A stretch of DNA of 39,816 nt from a virus (lineage: Duplodnaviria; Caudoviricetes), in IMG/VR virus record IMGVR_UViG_3300028585_000042, positions 1 to 39,816 of that record; one strand, 5' to 3'. This document shows, one piece after another, positions 1 through 7,598 of the stretch; position 1 is the stretch's first letter; every line of letters starts with the position of its first letter. The notes below the pieces were generated by a model. That model did no database searches. It was not told the origin of the DNA and worked only from the letters and a program-made list of their open reading frames with translations. The position numbers and the translations under genes were made by a program.

Positions 1-95
1 TTCGCTCAGCAAAACTCCCTAATCTTCGATGCTCTTCAAGCCTGAGCTCGTGTCCGAATGTCAGACCTGACCCCGGCTTTTGTTCGGATCAGAAC

Positions 96-129
96 GCAAA
101 AAGCCCAGTCCGAAGACTGGGCTTTTTGC
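96..129 (-). terminator. Intrinsic terminator, probably the original host tRNA-His terminator
   Basis: GCAAAAAGCCCAGTC-CGAA-GACTGGGCTTTTTGC perfect hairpin just beyond the displaced tRNA 3' end. Confidence 0.85.
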
Positions 130-139
130 TTGCATTCTG

Positions 140-187
140 TGGGGTGGCTGATGGGGCTCGAACCCACGACAACAGGAATCACAATCC
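140..187. repeat. att core, left copy (displaced 3' part of tRNA-His)
   Basis: TGGGGTGGCTGATGGGGCTCGAACCCACGACAACAGGAATCACAATCC is identical to 39690-39737. Confidence 0.97.
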
Positions 188-238
188 AGCCGTCAAATCG
201 CCTTTTCAGTCTATTAATCAGGTACTTGCAAAACTGAC

Positions 239-300
239 TTTCCAACGACAGTCTTGGAAACCACCCCAATCCATGCGGGTTTCAAGAGACCCGTTGGAAA
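239..300. promoter_or_regulatory. Putative integrase arm-type binding sites (CGTTGGAAA), left arm
   Basis: TTTCCAACG at 239-247, TCTTGGAAA at 252-260, CGTTGGAAA at 292-300; the same 9-mer recurs at 39606 and 39626 next to the other att copy. Confidence 0.65.
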
Positions 301-405
301 GTTTTTCGTCTCGGGATAGTATACCGAACTCCGAAGCAGGCTGCAGTGGCAGACGCCATGGCAGCCATTACACACGCAGTCCCCCTTAGGCTAAGAAAGA
401 GCGTT

Positions 406-1188
406 ATGACTCAAGACGAAGCGGTTGCTCTGTTGAAAGGGGACTTCGGTCGGGAGTTCATGCGAAATGTGATCAAGCACGTCATCCCTGTTTGCTGGGG
501 GTCCTATGAAGGTAGGACTTGGAGTGTTCATCAAAGTGGCACAGCTTTTCTACTGAACTGCGGGCTGGAAACGTTTTTGGTTACAGCAGCCCATGTGTAT
601 GAAGAATATTTATCCAGCTTGTCTAAAGTGACAGGGGTTCGGTCTTATGTTGGCGATGTGGAATTCGACTTCCAGGATCGCCTGATTGCGAATCTTGGCT
701 CGGACATCTTGGACATCGCGACATTCAGAATTTTAGAAAGTGAGATATCTCAATTAGGGAAGGACGTCTCTCACGGTCCTAAGGAGTGGCCGCCAGAACC
801 GGCTCAGCAGGACGACGGAGTAATATTTGCCGGATTTCCCGGTGTAGAGCGATCACATCATCAAGTTGCATCGACGCAAACAGTTTGCTTCGGGCTGTAT
901 GCCGGTCTGACCCCGGTAAACTCATCTAGTGAGCGCCACCTCGGGTGTGTTTTGGAGCGCGATGAATGGATTGACGCAATAGGGAAGGGGATCCCAGATG
1001 TCAATTACAACCTAGGTGGAACAAGTGGAGGGCCAGCCTTCCTTGTCCATGAGAGTCCAGCCGGTGTTATAACACGCACGATTACCGGGGTAATTTATAA
1101 CGCAACGGCAGGTGTTATGGGCGAGATCGTCCTGATCCACCATGTGCACTTTATCAATGCAGATGGCACATTACGCGCGCCTGCCTAG
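406..1188 (+). CDS. Trypsin-like (S1) serine protease, moron
   Basis: Catalytic-triad motifs GTAF..FLVTAAHV (His), LDIATF (Asp), GGTSGGP (Ser); lower GC than phage core; ATG406 preferred, ORF open from 346. Confidence 0.8.
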   Translation: MTQDEAVALLKGDFGREFMRNVIKHVIPVCWGSYEGRTWSVHQSGTAFLLNCGLETFLVTAAHVYEEYLSSLSKVTGVRSYVGDVEFDFQDRLIANLGSDILDIATFRILESEISQLGKDVSHGPKEWPPEPAQQDDGVIFAGFPGVERSHHQVASTQTVCFGLYAGLTPVNSSSERHLGCVLERDEWIDAIGKGIPDVNYNLGGTSGGPAFLVHESPAGVITRTITGVIYNATAGVMGEIVLIHHVHFINADGTLRAPA

Positions 1189-1203
1189 CACACCCATGTT
1201 CTT

Positions 1204-2406
1204 TTACTCCGTCGCCTTGGCGCGCCGCTCTGTGCGCCGGTCGTAGTGCCTGTGCGTTGTGGACGGGTTCGCGTGCGCAGCGAAGTCGTAGGCGTCATCG
1301 GTACGGTTCCGTAGCTTGGTTGTGATCGCGGCAGGGCGGACGTCGGACAGGGCGAAGTAGGCCGGGTGGTCCGTGAGCTTGTATCCCTCGTACGGCGCAA
1401 GGTAGGCGCCGGTCTTCCGCGCGGCGCGATACAGAACCTCCCACTCGCGCTTGGCCACCAGCTCGGCGGCCACCTGTCGATCGAACGACGCGATCCAGTC
1501 GAACATGGCATCGGTCCACACCGACCCCCATCCGCTCTTGGAGTAGGGCGCGCCCTTGGCATTCGCGAACAGGTATAGCCGGCTGGCCGAATGCGCTTCC
1601 TTCGCCCGCGCCACTACCGAGCGCAGCCGCGGCGACCACTCGCGCAGCTTGCTCACCTCATCCTCCCCCATCTTCCTTTTGGCGCTGACCACCCGCACGC
1701 CATCCTTCTGCAGGCCGGCCACGTGAAACGGCCGCACCTCCGCCGCCCGGAATCCCGTCAGGTACGTGAACATGCTGGCGCATCCCAATACCTGGTAGCC
1801 GGGTGACTGCCTCAACGACCACAGGTAGAAGCGTACGATCTGGCTCCGCGTGATCGTGCGCACGTCCTTCTCCGTTTTGTTCTGCATCATGTCCGTGAAT
1901 GGGTTCGCCTCCATCAGTCCCCAGCGCACCGCGTAATGGCTGATGGTCGACATCAGCGACAGCTCTTTATTTGCCTTGGCTGGCGCCCCGGCCTTCGCCC
2001 GCGCATCCAGATATTGGTAGCCGTGCACCGTCTTGAGCGCCATCGGCCGCATGGCGCCGAAGAACTTGATCAGGTTCGCATAGGTGCCGGTGCGCACCGC
2101 CAGGCCATCCTTCGATTGGTCGCGGTAGTGCGTTGGCGCGACCTCATCCCGGAAGCGTTCGATCAGCTCGGTAACGGATCCCGCCACCACCACCCCTTGC
2201 TGGACGTCGAGCGCCTTGCGCTTGGCGCTGCGCTCCGCCTCGAGGATCCCTTTCTTGTCGCCGATGTCGGCCGTGCCCAGCGTCTCGCTCGTTCCGTCAG
2301 GGTGCTGGTAATACCACGAGACCTTCCGCTTCCCTACGCGCTTGTAGAGGCGGTCGATCCCGGTGCGCTCTTTACGAGAAGGCGCTGAGGTTTGGCGTGT
2401 CGGCAT
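1204..2406 (-). CDS. int: Tyrosine recombinase/integrase
   Basis: YLTGFRAAE (Arg I), LSDVR (atypical HxxR), AHANPSTTHRHY (His and Tyr); lies beside att; start ATG2406 chosen, ORF open to 2451. Confidence 0.9.
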   Translation of the reverse strand: MPTRQTSAPSRKERTGIDRLYKRVGKRKVSWYYQHPDGTSETLGTADIGDKKGILEAERSAKRKALDVQQGVVVAGSVTELIERFRDEVAPTHYRDQSKDGLAVRTGTYANLIKFFGAMRPMALKTVHGYQYLDARAKAGAPAKANKELSLMSTISHYAVRWGLMEANPFTDMMQNKTEKDVRTITRSQIVRFYLWSLRQSPGYQVLGCASMFTYLTGFRAAEVRPFHVAGLQKDGVRVVSAKRKMGEDEVSKLREWSPRLRSVVARAKEAHSASRLYLFANAKGAPYSKSGWGSVWTDAMFDWIASFDRQVAAELVAKREWEVLYRAARKTGAYLAPYEGYKLTDHPAYFALSDVRPAAITTKLRNRTDDAYDFAAHANPSTTHRHYDRRTERRAKATE

Positions 2407-2629
2407 ATCGTGAGCGCGTCGATTCTTCGGAGATACCCATTTTCTTGTCATGATAGGCCCTGGCCACGCGCGGCAGGCCCGACGCGCCGATCTCGAAGCG
2501 CCACTTGTGCGACGAGAGCCAAGTCACCATCCTGCTGCGCTGGTTCGGCTTGCAGTCGACCAGCTCGGCCAACTCGCTGGCGCTGAGATACCCGGCAGCG
2601 GCCATCGGTTTTTCTTCTGTGCTTGCCAT
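2372..2629 (-). CDS. DUF4224-like excisionase/recombination directionality factor
   Basis: YLSASELAELVDCK...FEIGASGLPRV pattern; overlaps the integrase start. Confidence 0.75.
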   Translation of the reverse strand: MASTEEKPMAAAGYLSASELAELVDCKPNQRSRMVTWLSSHKWRFEIGASGLPRVARAYHDKKMGISEESTRSRYADTPNLSAFS

Positions 2630-2630
2630 A

Positions 2631-2828
2631 CTATTTGCCTTTCTTCATGCCAGCGACCAGGCCGACGTAGCATGCGCTGTGAAACGGCTTCTTGGCCTGC
2701 GCGCCACCCGGCGACTGCGCGCGCACGTACCGCTCGTTCTTCCGCACGGTCATGCCGCAGAAGGCGCACAGGTGATCGCGGCGCGCCGTGTGCGTGACTT
2801 CTGAGGGTGCGATAGTGGAAGTGTTCAT
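2631..2828 (-). CDS. Small Cys/His zinc-binding phage protein
   Basis: TARRDHLCAFCG...FHSAC; tightly packed in the early operon. Confidence 0.6.
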   Translation of the reverse strand: MNTSTIAPSEVTHTARRDHLCAFCGMTVRKNERYVRAQSPGGAQAKKPFHSACYVGLVAGMKKGK

Positions 2829-3208
2829 GGTCGGTTGTCGGCGCCGCAGCTTTTGCAGTCGCCCATGTATCGCTCGGTGCCGCCGATGAAGCGGCCGCAG
2901 CCGCTGCAGTTGATCGTGTCGGGCTGCTTGCGTGGCGGCTTGCGCAGCTCGATCCCCGTGCCGGCCAGCGCATCGCCGCGCTTCACGTGCTGCATGTCCA
3001 CCGCCGGGCGCGTGCGCTCATCGATGTACGACTTCGGCCACGGGATATCGGTGATGCGGCGCTCGTGCTGCGCTACCGCCTCGGCCTTCGTGTACATGTG
3101 CGCCTTGCGCATATCTGTCGTGTAGCCTTTGCCGTCGACCGCCCAGAACAGCATGTCGTTGCCGACGTAATCTCGGCTGTCCTGCAGGTAGTAGCGATCG
3201 TCAGCCAC
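2825..3208 (-). CDS. Conserved phage hypothetical protein with C-terminal zinc ribbon
   Basis: YYLQDSRDYVGNDMLFWA..GYTTD motif plus CxxC..CxxC; GTG start overlaps upstream stop. Confidence 0.7.
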   Translation of the reverse strand: MADDRYYLQDSRDYVGNDMLFWAVDGKGYTTDMRKAHMYTKAEAVAQHERRITDIPWPKSYIDERTRPAVDMQHVKRGDALAGTGIELRKPPRKQPDTINCSGCGRFIGGTERYMGDCKSCGADNRP

Positions 3209-3953
3209 GGCCGCCGCCTTCCTGGCGCTCGCCTGATGTCGGTGCCTGGGCCGGCCGGTAAAGCTTGATGCCGCGCGGGTCGTCGCTGCTAGTGGCTTCA
3301 TATGCCCAGCCGGTGAACAGAAAACTACCGACCGGTTTGTACTCGACAGGCGCTGGCAGAGGCTTGTCTTGTGCTGGCGCCGCGGGAGTGAGCATGGTGG
3401 ACAGCGCCGCCTTGAACAGCTCGCTGCACTTGTTGGCCAGCCGCTTCGGGATGCGTCGCGCTTCATTGCCATCGGGGCAGCAATCACGGAATGCCGACCC
3501 GACGTCGCCAACATGTCCGCACGCGGGGCAGAAGCGCGCCAATTCTTCGGCTGGCGCTACCTGCGCGGCTTGTGCGGCGACTGGGACAGCGAGTGCGAGG
3601 ATCGCCGTGGTGCACGCGGTCTTGGCCTCATCGGCTTGATCGGACATCGCTGGCTCACCCTTGCCCATGCGACGCCCGCACATATACTCTTCGTTCACCC
3701 AAGCCTGCGCAGCCCTCAGCGCGCGATCTACGGCAGCTTGGCGGCCCGCGCTGGCAACCAGCTGCAGGTTGACCTGGTCAACCGGCGCGCCGGCGGAGGT
3801 GGGCACTTCGACCACCAGCACGCGCTCGTGCTTATCGGGTGCGTGGCTGAACGTGCAGCCGGCCGGGCCGACGGTGCCGTGGTTCTCGCTGGTCATGCAC
3901 AGCATCCAGGTGCGCGGAATGCCGGCTGTGCGGCGGGGGAGTGCGTGTTCCAT
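3201..3953 (-). CDS. Mosaic early phage protein with CxxC motif (Ea22-like position)
   Basis: ATG3953 coupled to upstream stop; Ala/Pro-rich linkers; FCPACG..DCCPDG. Confidence 0.6.
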   Translation of the reverse strand: MEHALPRRTAGIPRTWMLCMTSENHGTVGPAGCTFSHAPDKHERVLVVEVPTSAGAPVDQVNLQLVASAGRQAAVDRALRAAQAWVNEEYMCGRRMGKGEPAMSDQADEAKTACTTAILALAVPVAAQAAQVAPAEELARFCPACGHVGDVGSAFRDCCPDGNEARRIPKRLANKCSELFKAALSTMLTPAAPAQDKPLPAPVEYKPVGSFLFTGWAYEATSSDDPRGIKLYRPAQAPTSGERQEGGGRG

Positions 3954-4114
3954 CAGTTTTCCTCTCGGTCTCGGTTGACGCGGCGCGGCGCCGGCGGGTT
4001 CAGTTTGTTTTCGGCCTTGGCGCGGAGTGCCTGCTCGAGCGCGACCTGGGCGAAGAGATCGCGGGCCATCTGCTCGGGGCACTGGTAGGTGATCCGCAAT
4101 TCTTCGAAGGTCAC
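3953..4114 (-). CDS. Hypothetical phage protein
   Basis: VTFEELRITYQCPEQMARDLF; GTG start overlaps upstream TGA. Confidence 0.55.
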   Translation of the reverse strand: MTFEELRITYQCPEQMARDLFAQVALEQALRAKAENKLNPPAPRRVNRDREEN

Positions 4115-4212
4115 AGCGGCCACCCGTGGGCAATGGCCGAAGCGCACAGGGCGCAGTACAGCAGCACGGCGGCGCACTTCCACTTGATGGCTCGCAGGCG
4201 GTGTTCGTTCAT
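4111..4212 (-). CDS. 33-aa hydrophobic peptide
   Basis: MNEHRLRAIKWKCAAVLLYCALCASAIAHGWPL; start and stop overlaps at both ends. Confidence 0.45.
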   Translation of the reverse strand: MNEHRLRAIKWKCAAVLLYCALCASAIAHGWPL

Positions 4213-4619
4213 GGCATCTCCTCCAGCACGGCCAGCGCCGCGCGCAGCTTGGAGGCGGCCACCTTGCGGTCTCGGCGCGCCTGGTCGATCACATCGAGAG
4301 CGGCGCGCACGGTGAAGTTCGGCGCCCGGGCCAGTTCGTCGACCGGCATCTCGTACAGCGTGCGGATCTCGAACACGTCGGGCCGCGCCTTCGCATAGTC
4401 GAGCATTTCCTCCGTCTCGACGTCGACCCACTGGCGCAGCGGGTCGCTGATCACTCGGCACTGATCAAGCGCACTCGATGGCGTCAGTGGAGTGGCAGGG
4501 CCTGTCACGCCCGGGTAAGCGTGCTCCGCCAGGCGGCGCATCAGCTCGCGGTTGTCGGCGGCAGGGACGATGCGGTCACCTTCGCGGATCGTCGGCACTG
4601 CCTGGGTGGTGTCGGTCAT
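4209..4619 (-). CDS. Early protein carrying a copy of the tape-measure C-terminal motif
   Basis: 136-aa ORF with GAGGGA RBS; residues 11-31 IREGDRIVPAADNRELMRRLA match TMP 32586-32648. Confidence 0.8.
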   Translation of the reverse strand: MTDTTQAVPTIREGDRIVPAADNRELMRRLAEHAYPGVTGPATPLTPSSALDQCRVISDPLRQWVDVETEEMLDYAKARPDVFEIRTLYEMPVDELARAPNFTVRAALDVIDQARRDRKVAASKLRAALAVLEEMP

Positions 4620-4621
4620 CG

Positions 4622-4795
4622 TTATTCCCTCGGTTCGGTTGGGCGCGCGGCGGCGTGAGCTTTTTCGATCGCCACCTCGCGCTGGTAGCGGCTGGACTGC
4701 GTGTTGATGCGGGCCTGACGGATGGCCGCGCGGTCGGCCGGCGTCAGGGCCTGCTCGTCGGCGGTCAGCGCGCGGCGGCGCTTCTTCGTGGCCAT
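4622..4795 (-). CDS. 57-aa basic protein (not in ORF track)
   Basis: Manual translation MATKKRRRALTADEQALTPADRAAIRQARINTQSSRYQREVAIEKAHAAARPTEPRE; fills the operon gap exactly. Confidence 0.6.
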   Translation of the reverse strand: MATKKRRRALTADEQALTPADRAAIRQARINTQSSRYQREVAIEKAHAAARPTEPRE

Positions 4796-4797
4796 GG

Positions 4798-4929
4798 TCA
4801 GCCCTGGGCCATCACGGTGACGCCCAGGGCGCCGTCGTCATACGCTGCATCGATCAGCGCATCACGGTCGCCGATGGCGGTGTAGGTGGTGCTGCCGGCG
4901 CTAGTGCGGGCGGTGATGCGGAAGGTCAT
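4798..4929 (-). CDS. 43-aa hypothetical protein (not in ORF track)
   Basis: MTFRITARTSAGSTTYTAIGDRDALIDAAYDDGALGVTVMAQG with GGAGAG RBS. Confidence 0.6.
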   Translation of the reverse strand: MTFRITARTSAGSTTYTAIGDRDALIDAAYDDGALGVTVMAQG

Positions 4930-4950
4930 GGCGCTCTCCAGGTTGCGGCG

Positions 4951-5376
4951 TTAAACAGGCAGGTCGGCCAGAGCGAACACGATGCCGCGGCAGTACGGCT
5001 CGCCGTCTTCGACGATCTCGAACGTCTCGTGTGGCACGTCGGTGCTGATGATCCAGCTGTAGCCGGGCTCGCCTTCCCATGTGGCGCGGATGGTGGCGCC
5101 GCCGTTCTCGCGCTTGAAGTACTCGCGCATTTCGTCCTTGTCGTCGCGGTCGATGTCTTCGAACTCAGGAATTACACCCTTGCGATCAACGATCGCGGTA
5201 CCGCCGTTGTAGCAGCCGATCTCGTCTTCAATCGCGCCGCGGAACTCGAGCAGGTCATCGCTGGCGCCGAAGGCGACGACAAAGCCAGCTTCCTTGGCGT
5301 CGCGCGCCTCGGGTTTGGTGATCTCTTTGCTGTACTCGCGGCCATTCAGCATCTCAGCCAGTTGTTTTGCATCCAT
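4951..5376 (-). CDS. Conserved acidic phage protein
   Basis: AGGAG RBS; GASDDLLEFRGAIEDE and HETFEIVEDGEPYCRGIVF motifs recognisable from phage early regions. Confidence 0.75.
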   Translation of the reverse strand: MDAKQLAEMLNGREYSKEITKPEARDAKEAGFVVAFGASDDLLEFRGAIEDEIGCYNGGTAIVDRKGVIPEFEDIDRDDKDEMREYFKRENGGATIRATWEGEPGYSWIISTDVPHETFEIVEDGEPYCRGIVFALADLPV

Positions 5377-5377
5377 G

Positions 5378-5866
5378 TCAGGTCTCCTGTGTTGGTACTG
5401 GTTTGCGTCGGCGCACTGGCCGACGGCTCGGCGTCGAGCGGGTAGGGTTGAGCGCGACAGCTTCGTCGCGCTGTTCGGTCAGCATCTGGATTGCAGCCCG
5501 GGTAATCGCCGCCATCGTGGCCGCAGCAACGTCCGGGTGCATGCCGTAGTACTCGGTCACGGCGCGCCGGCTGCTGCCGTATGACGCCGATACGCAATGC
5601 TCGTCGTGGTCGTGCTTCACGTTCAGGCCGCGCTTCACGCACAGCTCGCCGGCGTCGCGTGGGTTGCGGCGGTAGCGGGGCAGGTCGGCGCTGTGCAGGC
5701 CGCCATACATGCCCAGCGGCGTCTTGCCCGCAACCACCTGGTGCACCGGCACGTCGCGCCAGATGGTCGTCGGCTTCCTGCCGCGCTGGTTCCGGTCGAG
5801 CTTGGCCAGCACGATCTCTTCGTCGATCGCCTGGCTCAGGTACTCGGTGTCGTACTGCTGGGTCAT
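5378..5866 (-). CDS. NinX/ABA-sandwich-like phage protein, first gene of the PL operon
   Basis: AAGGA RBS; PRY..NPRDAGELC..GLNV...AAITRAAI pattern. Confidence 0.6.
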   Translation of the reverse strand: MTQQYDTEYLSQAIDEEIVLAKLDRNQRGRKPTTIWRDVPVHQVVAGKTPLGMYGGLHSADLPRYRRNPRDAGELCVKRGLNVKHDHDEHCVSASYGSSRRAVTEYYGMHPDVAAATMAAITRAAIQMLTEQRDEAVALNPTRSTPSRRPVRRRKPVPTQET

Positions 5867-5970
5867 GCCCGTTTCCTTTCGTGTTCGCCGGCGCGGGCCG
5901 GGGTATGGGTTGTGGCGGCTGCCAGGCCTCGTACTTCAGAGACGATGCAGGCGCCTGAGTCCTGCCAGCT

Positions 5971-6042
5971 ACCACACAGCGCGACTCGGTCCCTTGAATT
6001 ACTGATGGTTGGTCGAGTACTTCCCAAGCCGCGCTGTGTGGT
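5971..6042 (-). ncRNA. Long stem-loop in the PL leader (candidate structured leader RNA)
   Basis: 13-bp perfect inverted repeat ACCACACAGCGCG/CGCGCTGTGTGGT, extending to 19 bp with G-U pairs on the minus strand. Confidence 0.5.
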
Positions 6043-6091
6043 GACTCCGGGGAGGTGCTGCTGCATCCAGAGTCATCCGGCCATGACTAGA

Positions 6092-6134
6092 ACTATACAC
6101 GAATGGATAGATACTGCAATACGCGAATGAATAA
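6092..6134 (-). promoter_or_regulatory. PL promoter with two operators (6093-6110, 6117-6134)
   Basis: TTGCAG-N16-TATAGT on minus strand; CTATACACGAATGGATAG and CAATACGCGAATGAATAA match the OR operators. Confidence 0.75.
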
Positions 6135-6144
6135 ATTTAGTCGT

Positions 6145-6168
6145 AAAAAAACCCGCACGCGGCGGGTT
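6145..6168 (-). terminator. Terminator of the cI (immunity) operon
   Basis: AACCCGC..GCGGGTT hairpin followed by a U-run on the minus strand. Confidence 0.75.
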
Positions 6169-6192
6169 GATGATTTCGTGACTAGGGCAAGG

Positions 6193-6558
6193 CTATGTTG
6201 GCGCTCTCAGATCGGCTTGGCAATGCTTGCACTTTATGGCCTCCACACGGATCGGCTCAGCGCAGAGTGGACACCTCTTGTACTCGCCGTACTGGCCGTC
6301 TCTCACGGCCATTTGCATCGAGTTCGGGCTGAAGATGGCCATGCCCAGCGCAACTACGCCGCCAGCAAGAATCACTAGCGTCACTCCAAGCCGACGGTAT
6401 TCGAGATCGGGGAATGCAAGCAGCATGAAAACATCGAGGACCAAAGCTGCGCCGCTCATCTTCAAAAACAGCTTCCAACCGCTGCGGCCCTTCATATTTG
6501 CGATAAAGGCCGCGAGGGCTGAGATGAAGAAAAACAAGATCACGCAAATAAGTGGCAC
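6193..6558 (-). CDS. Membrane protein with C-terminal zinc ribbon (immunity-region accessory)
   Basis: Three hydrophobic segments, A..KGRSGW motif, KRCPLCAEPIRVEAIKCKHC; AGGAG RBS before GTG. Confidence 0.75.
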   Translation of the reverse strand: MPLICVILFFFISALAAFIANMKGRSGWKLFLKMSGAALVLDVFMLLAFPDLEYRRLGVTLVILAGGVVALGMAIFSPNSMQMAVRDGQYGEYKRCPLCAEPIRVEAIKCKHCQADLRAPT

Positions 6559-6603
6559 GGTCAGCTCCTAAAATTGCTCTGCACACGACGCACGCCAGCT
6601 CGG

Positions 6604-6888
6604 TCAGAACGGAAGTTCTTCCTCTGGTGGCGCGATGGACAGGTCCACTTCGACCAAGTCCAAATACTCCAGCTGGATCAGGGCCAGGATCACGTGCGTC
6701 TGGAAATTTGCATGCGCCCGAAATCCGTTTATCTCCACCGATACCAGCATCACGACATACACGCGGCAATGCCGCTCGATTCGTTTAATCAGATCGTCGC
6801 CGGCGCCAGGTACCGTGAATTCCGACGGCACGATCGCAACGAGGATGGGTGATCCGTAAGGCTCGATCTCAGCCACATGGATCAGCAT
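6604..6888 (-). CDS. Hypothetical protein translationally coupled to cI
   Basis: TAATG overlap with the cI stop; 94-aa ORF. Confidence 0.65.
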   Translation of the reverse strand: MLIHVAEIEPYGSPILVAIVPSEFTVPGAGDDLIKRIERHCRVYVVMLVSVEINGFRAHANFQTHVILALIQLEYLDLVEVDLSIAPPEEELPF

Positions 6889-7592
6889 TAAATAAAGTCG
6901 GCTTCCATCCTCACGACACGGCCAAGCACCTCTGTACTCTCGTCGACCGCTCGGCTGCGGAACTCGGGCTGCTTGTTGTCAGAGGCGAGGAACCAGGTGC
7001 CGCCGTTTAATTCCAGTCGCTTCACACAGGGCTTGCCGTTATGGTTCACCGCATACATGGCCCCGTCAATGAGCTTGTGCTTTTCCTTGTCAGCGGTGTT
7101 CACGATCACGACATTGCCCCTCTTGAGCGTCGGATACATGCTGTCACCGATCACCCGAATCGCCACCAGCGCGCCCGCAGGCAGGCCTTTCTCGATCACC
7201 CAGGAGCGCCGCACACTCAGCATCGTGTCTTCTTCAAATTCGAGATCGCCGTCAGCACCGTTCACGCCGGCGTGGATGTAGCGCGCGACCATGCGCACGC
7301 CAACGAAGTCGCCTTGCTCATCGTCAAACGATACTTTGACGAGTTCGCCCTCGGGTTCTCCAGGCGGTGGCGTGCGCTCCATTGGGCCGGTGCCGTCCAT
7401 CAGCCATTGAGTCGCGACGTTGCACGCCTCGGCGAGCGTGATGAGCGTGTTCATCTCGGGCCCTTTCTTTCCGGAGCCCTTCAAGATTCGATTGATTGTC
7501 GGCTGCGGAATGCCTGAGGCGCGAGCAAGCGCACTCTGCGACACGATGCCTGCCGCCTGCATTGCCTGGTCCAGCCTGGATGAAATAGTCAT
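6888..7592 (-). CDS. cI: CI-like repressor (HTH + S24 autopeptidase)
   Basis: SQSALARASGIPQPTINRIL HTH; HAG cleavage site; GDSMYP (Ser) and CVKRL (Lys); divergent from cro. Confidence 0.93.
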   Translation of the reverse strand: MTISSRLDQAMQAAGIVSQSALARASGIPQPTINRILKGSGKKGPEMNTLITLAEACNVATQWLMDGTGPMERTPPPGEPEGELVKVSFDDEQGDFVGVRMVARYIHAGVNGADGDLEFEEDTMLSVRRSWVIEKGLPAGALVAIRVIGDSMYPTLKRGNVVIVNTADKEKHKLIDGAMYAVNHNGKPCVKRLELNGGTWFLASDNKQPEFRSRAVDESTEVLGRVVRMEADFI

Positions 7593-7598
7593 CCTCGG

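Noticed and set aside
140-187. Second tRNA-His gene
   Set aside because: Only the 3' 48 nt are present; the D-arm and 5' acceptor strand are missing. It is the att duplication.
36-389. ORFs 36-269 and 126-389
   Set aside because: They overlap the att/tRNA fragment, terminator and arm sites, and have no protein-like features.
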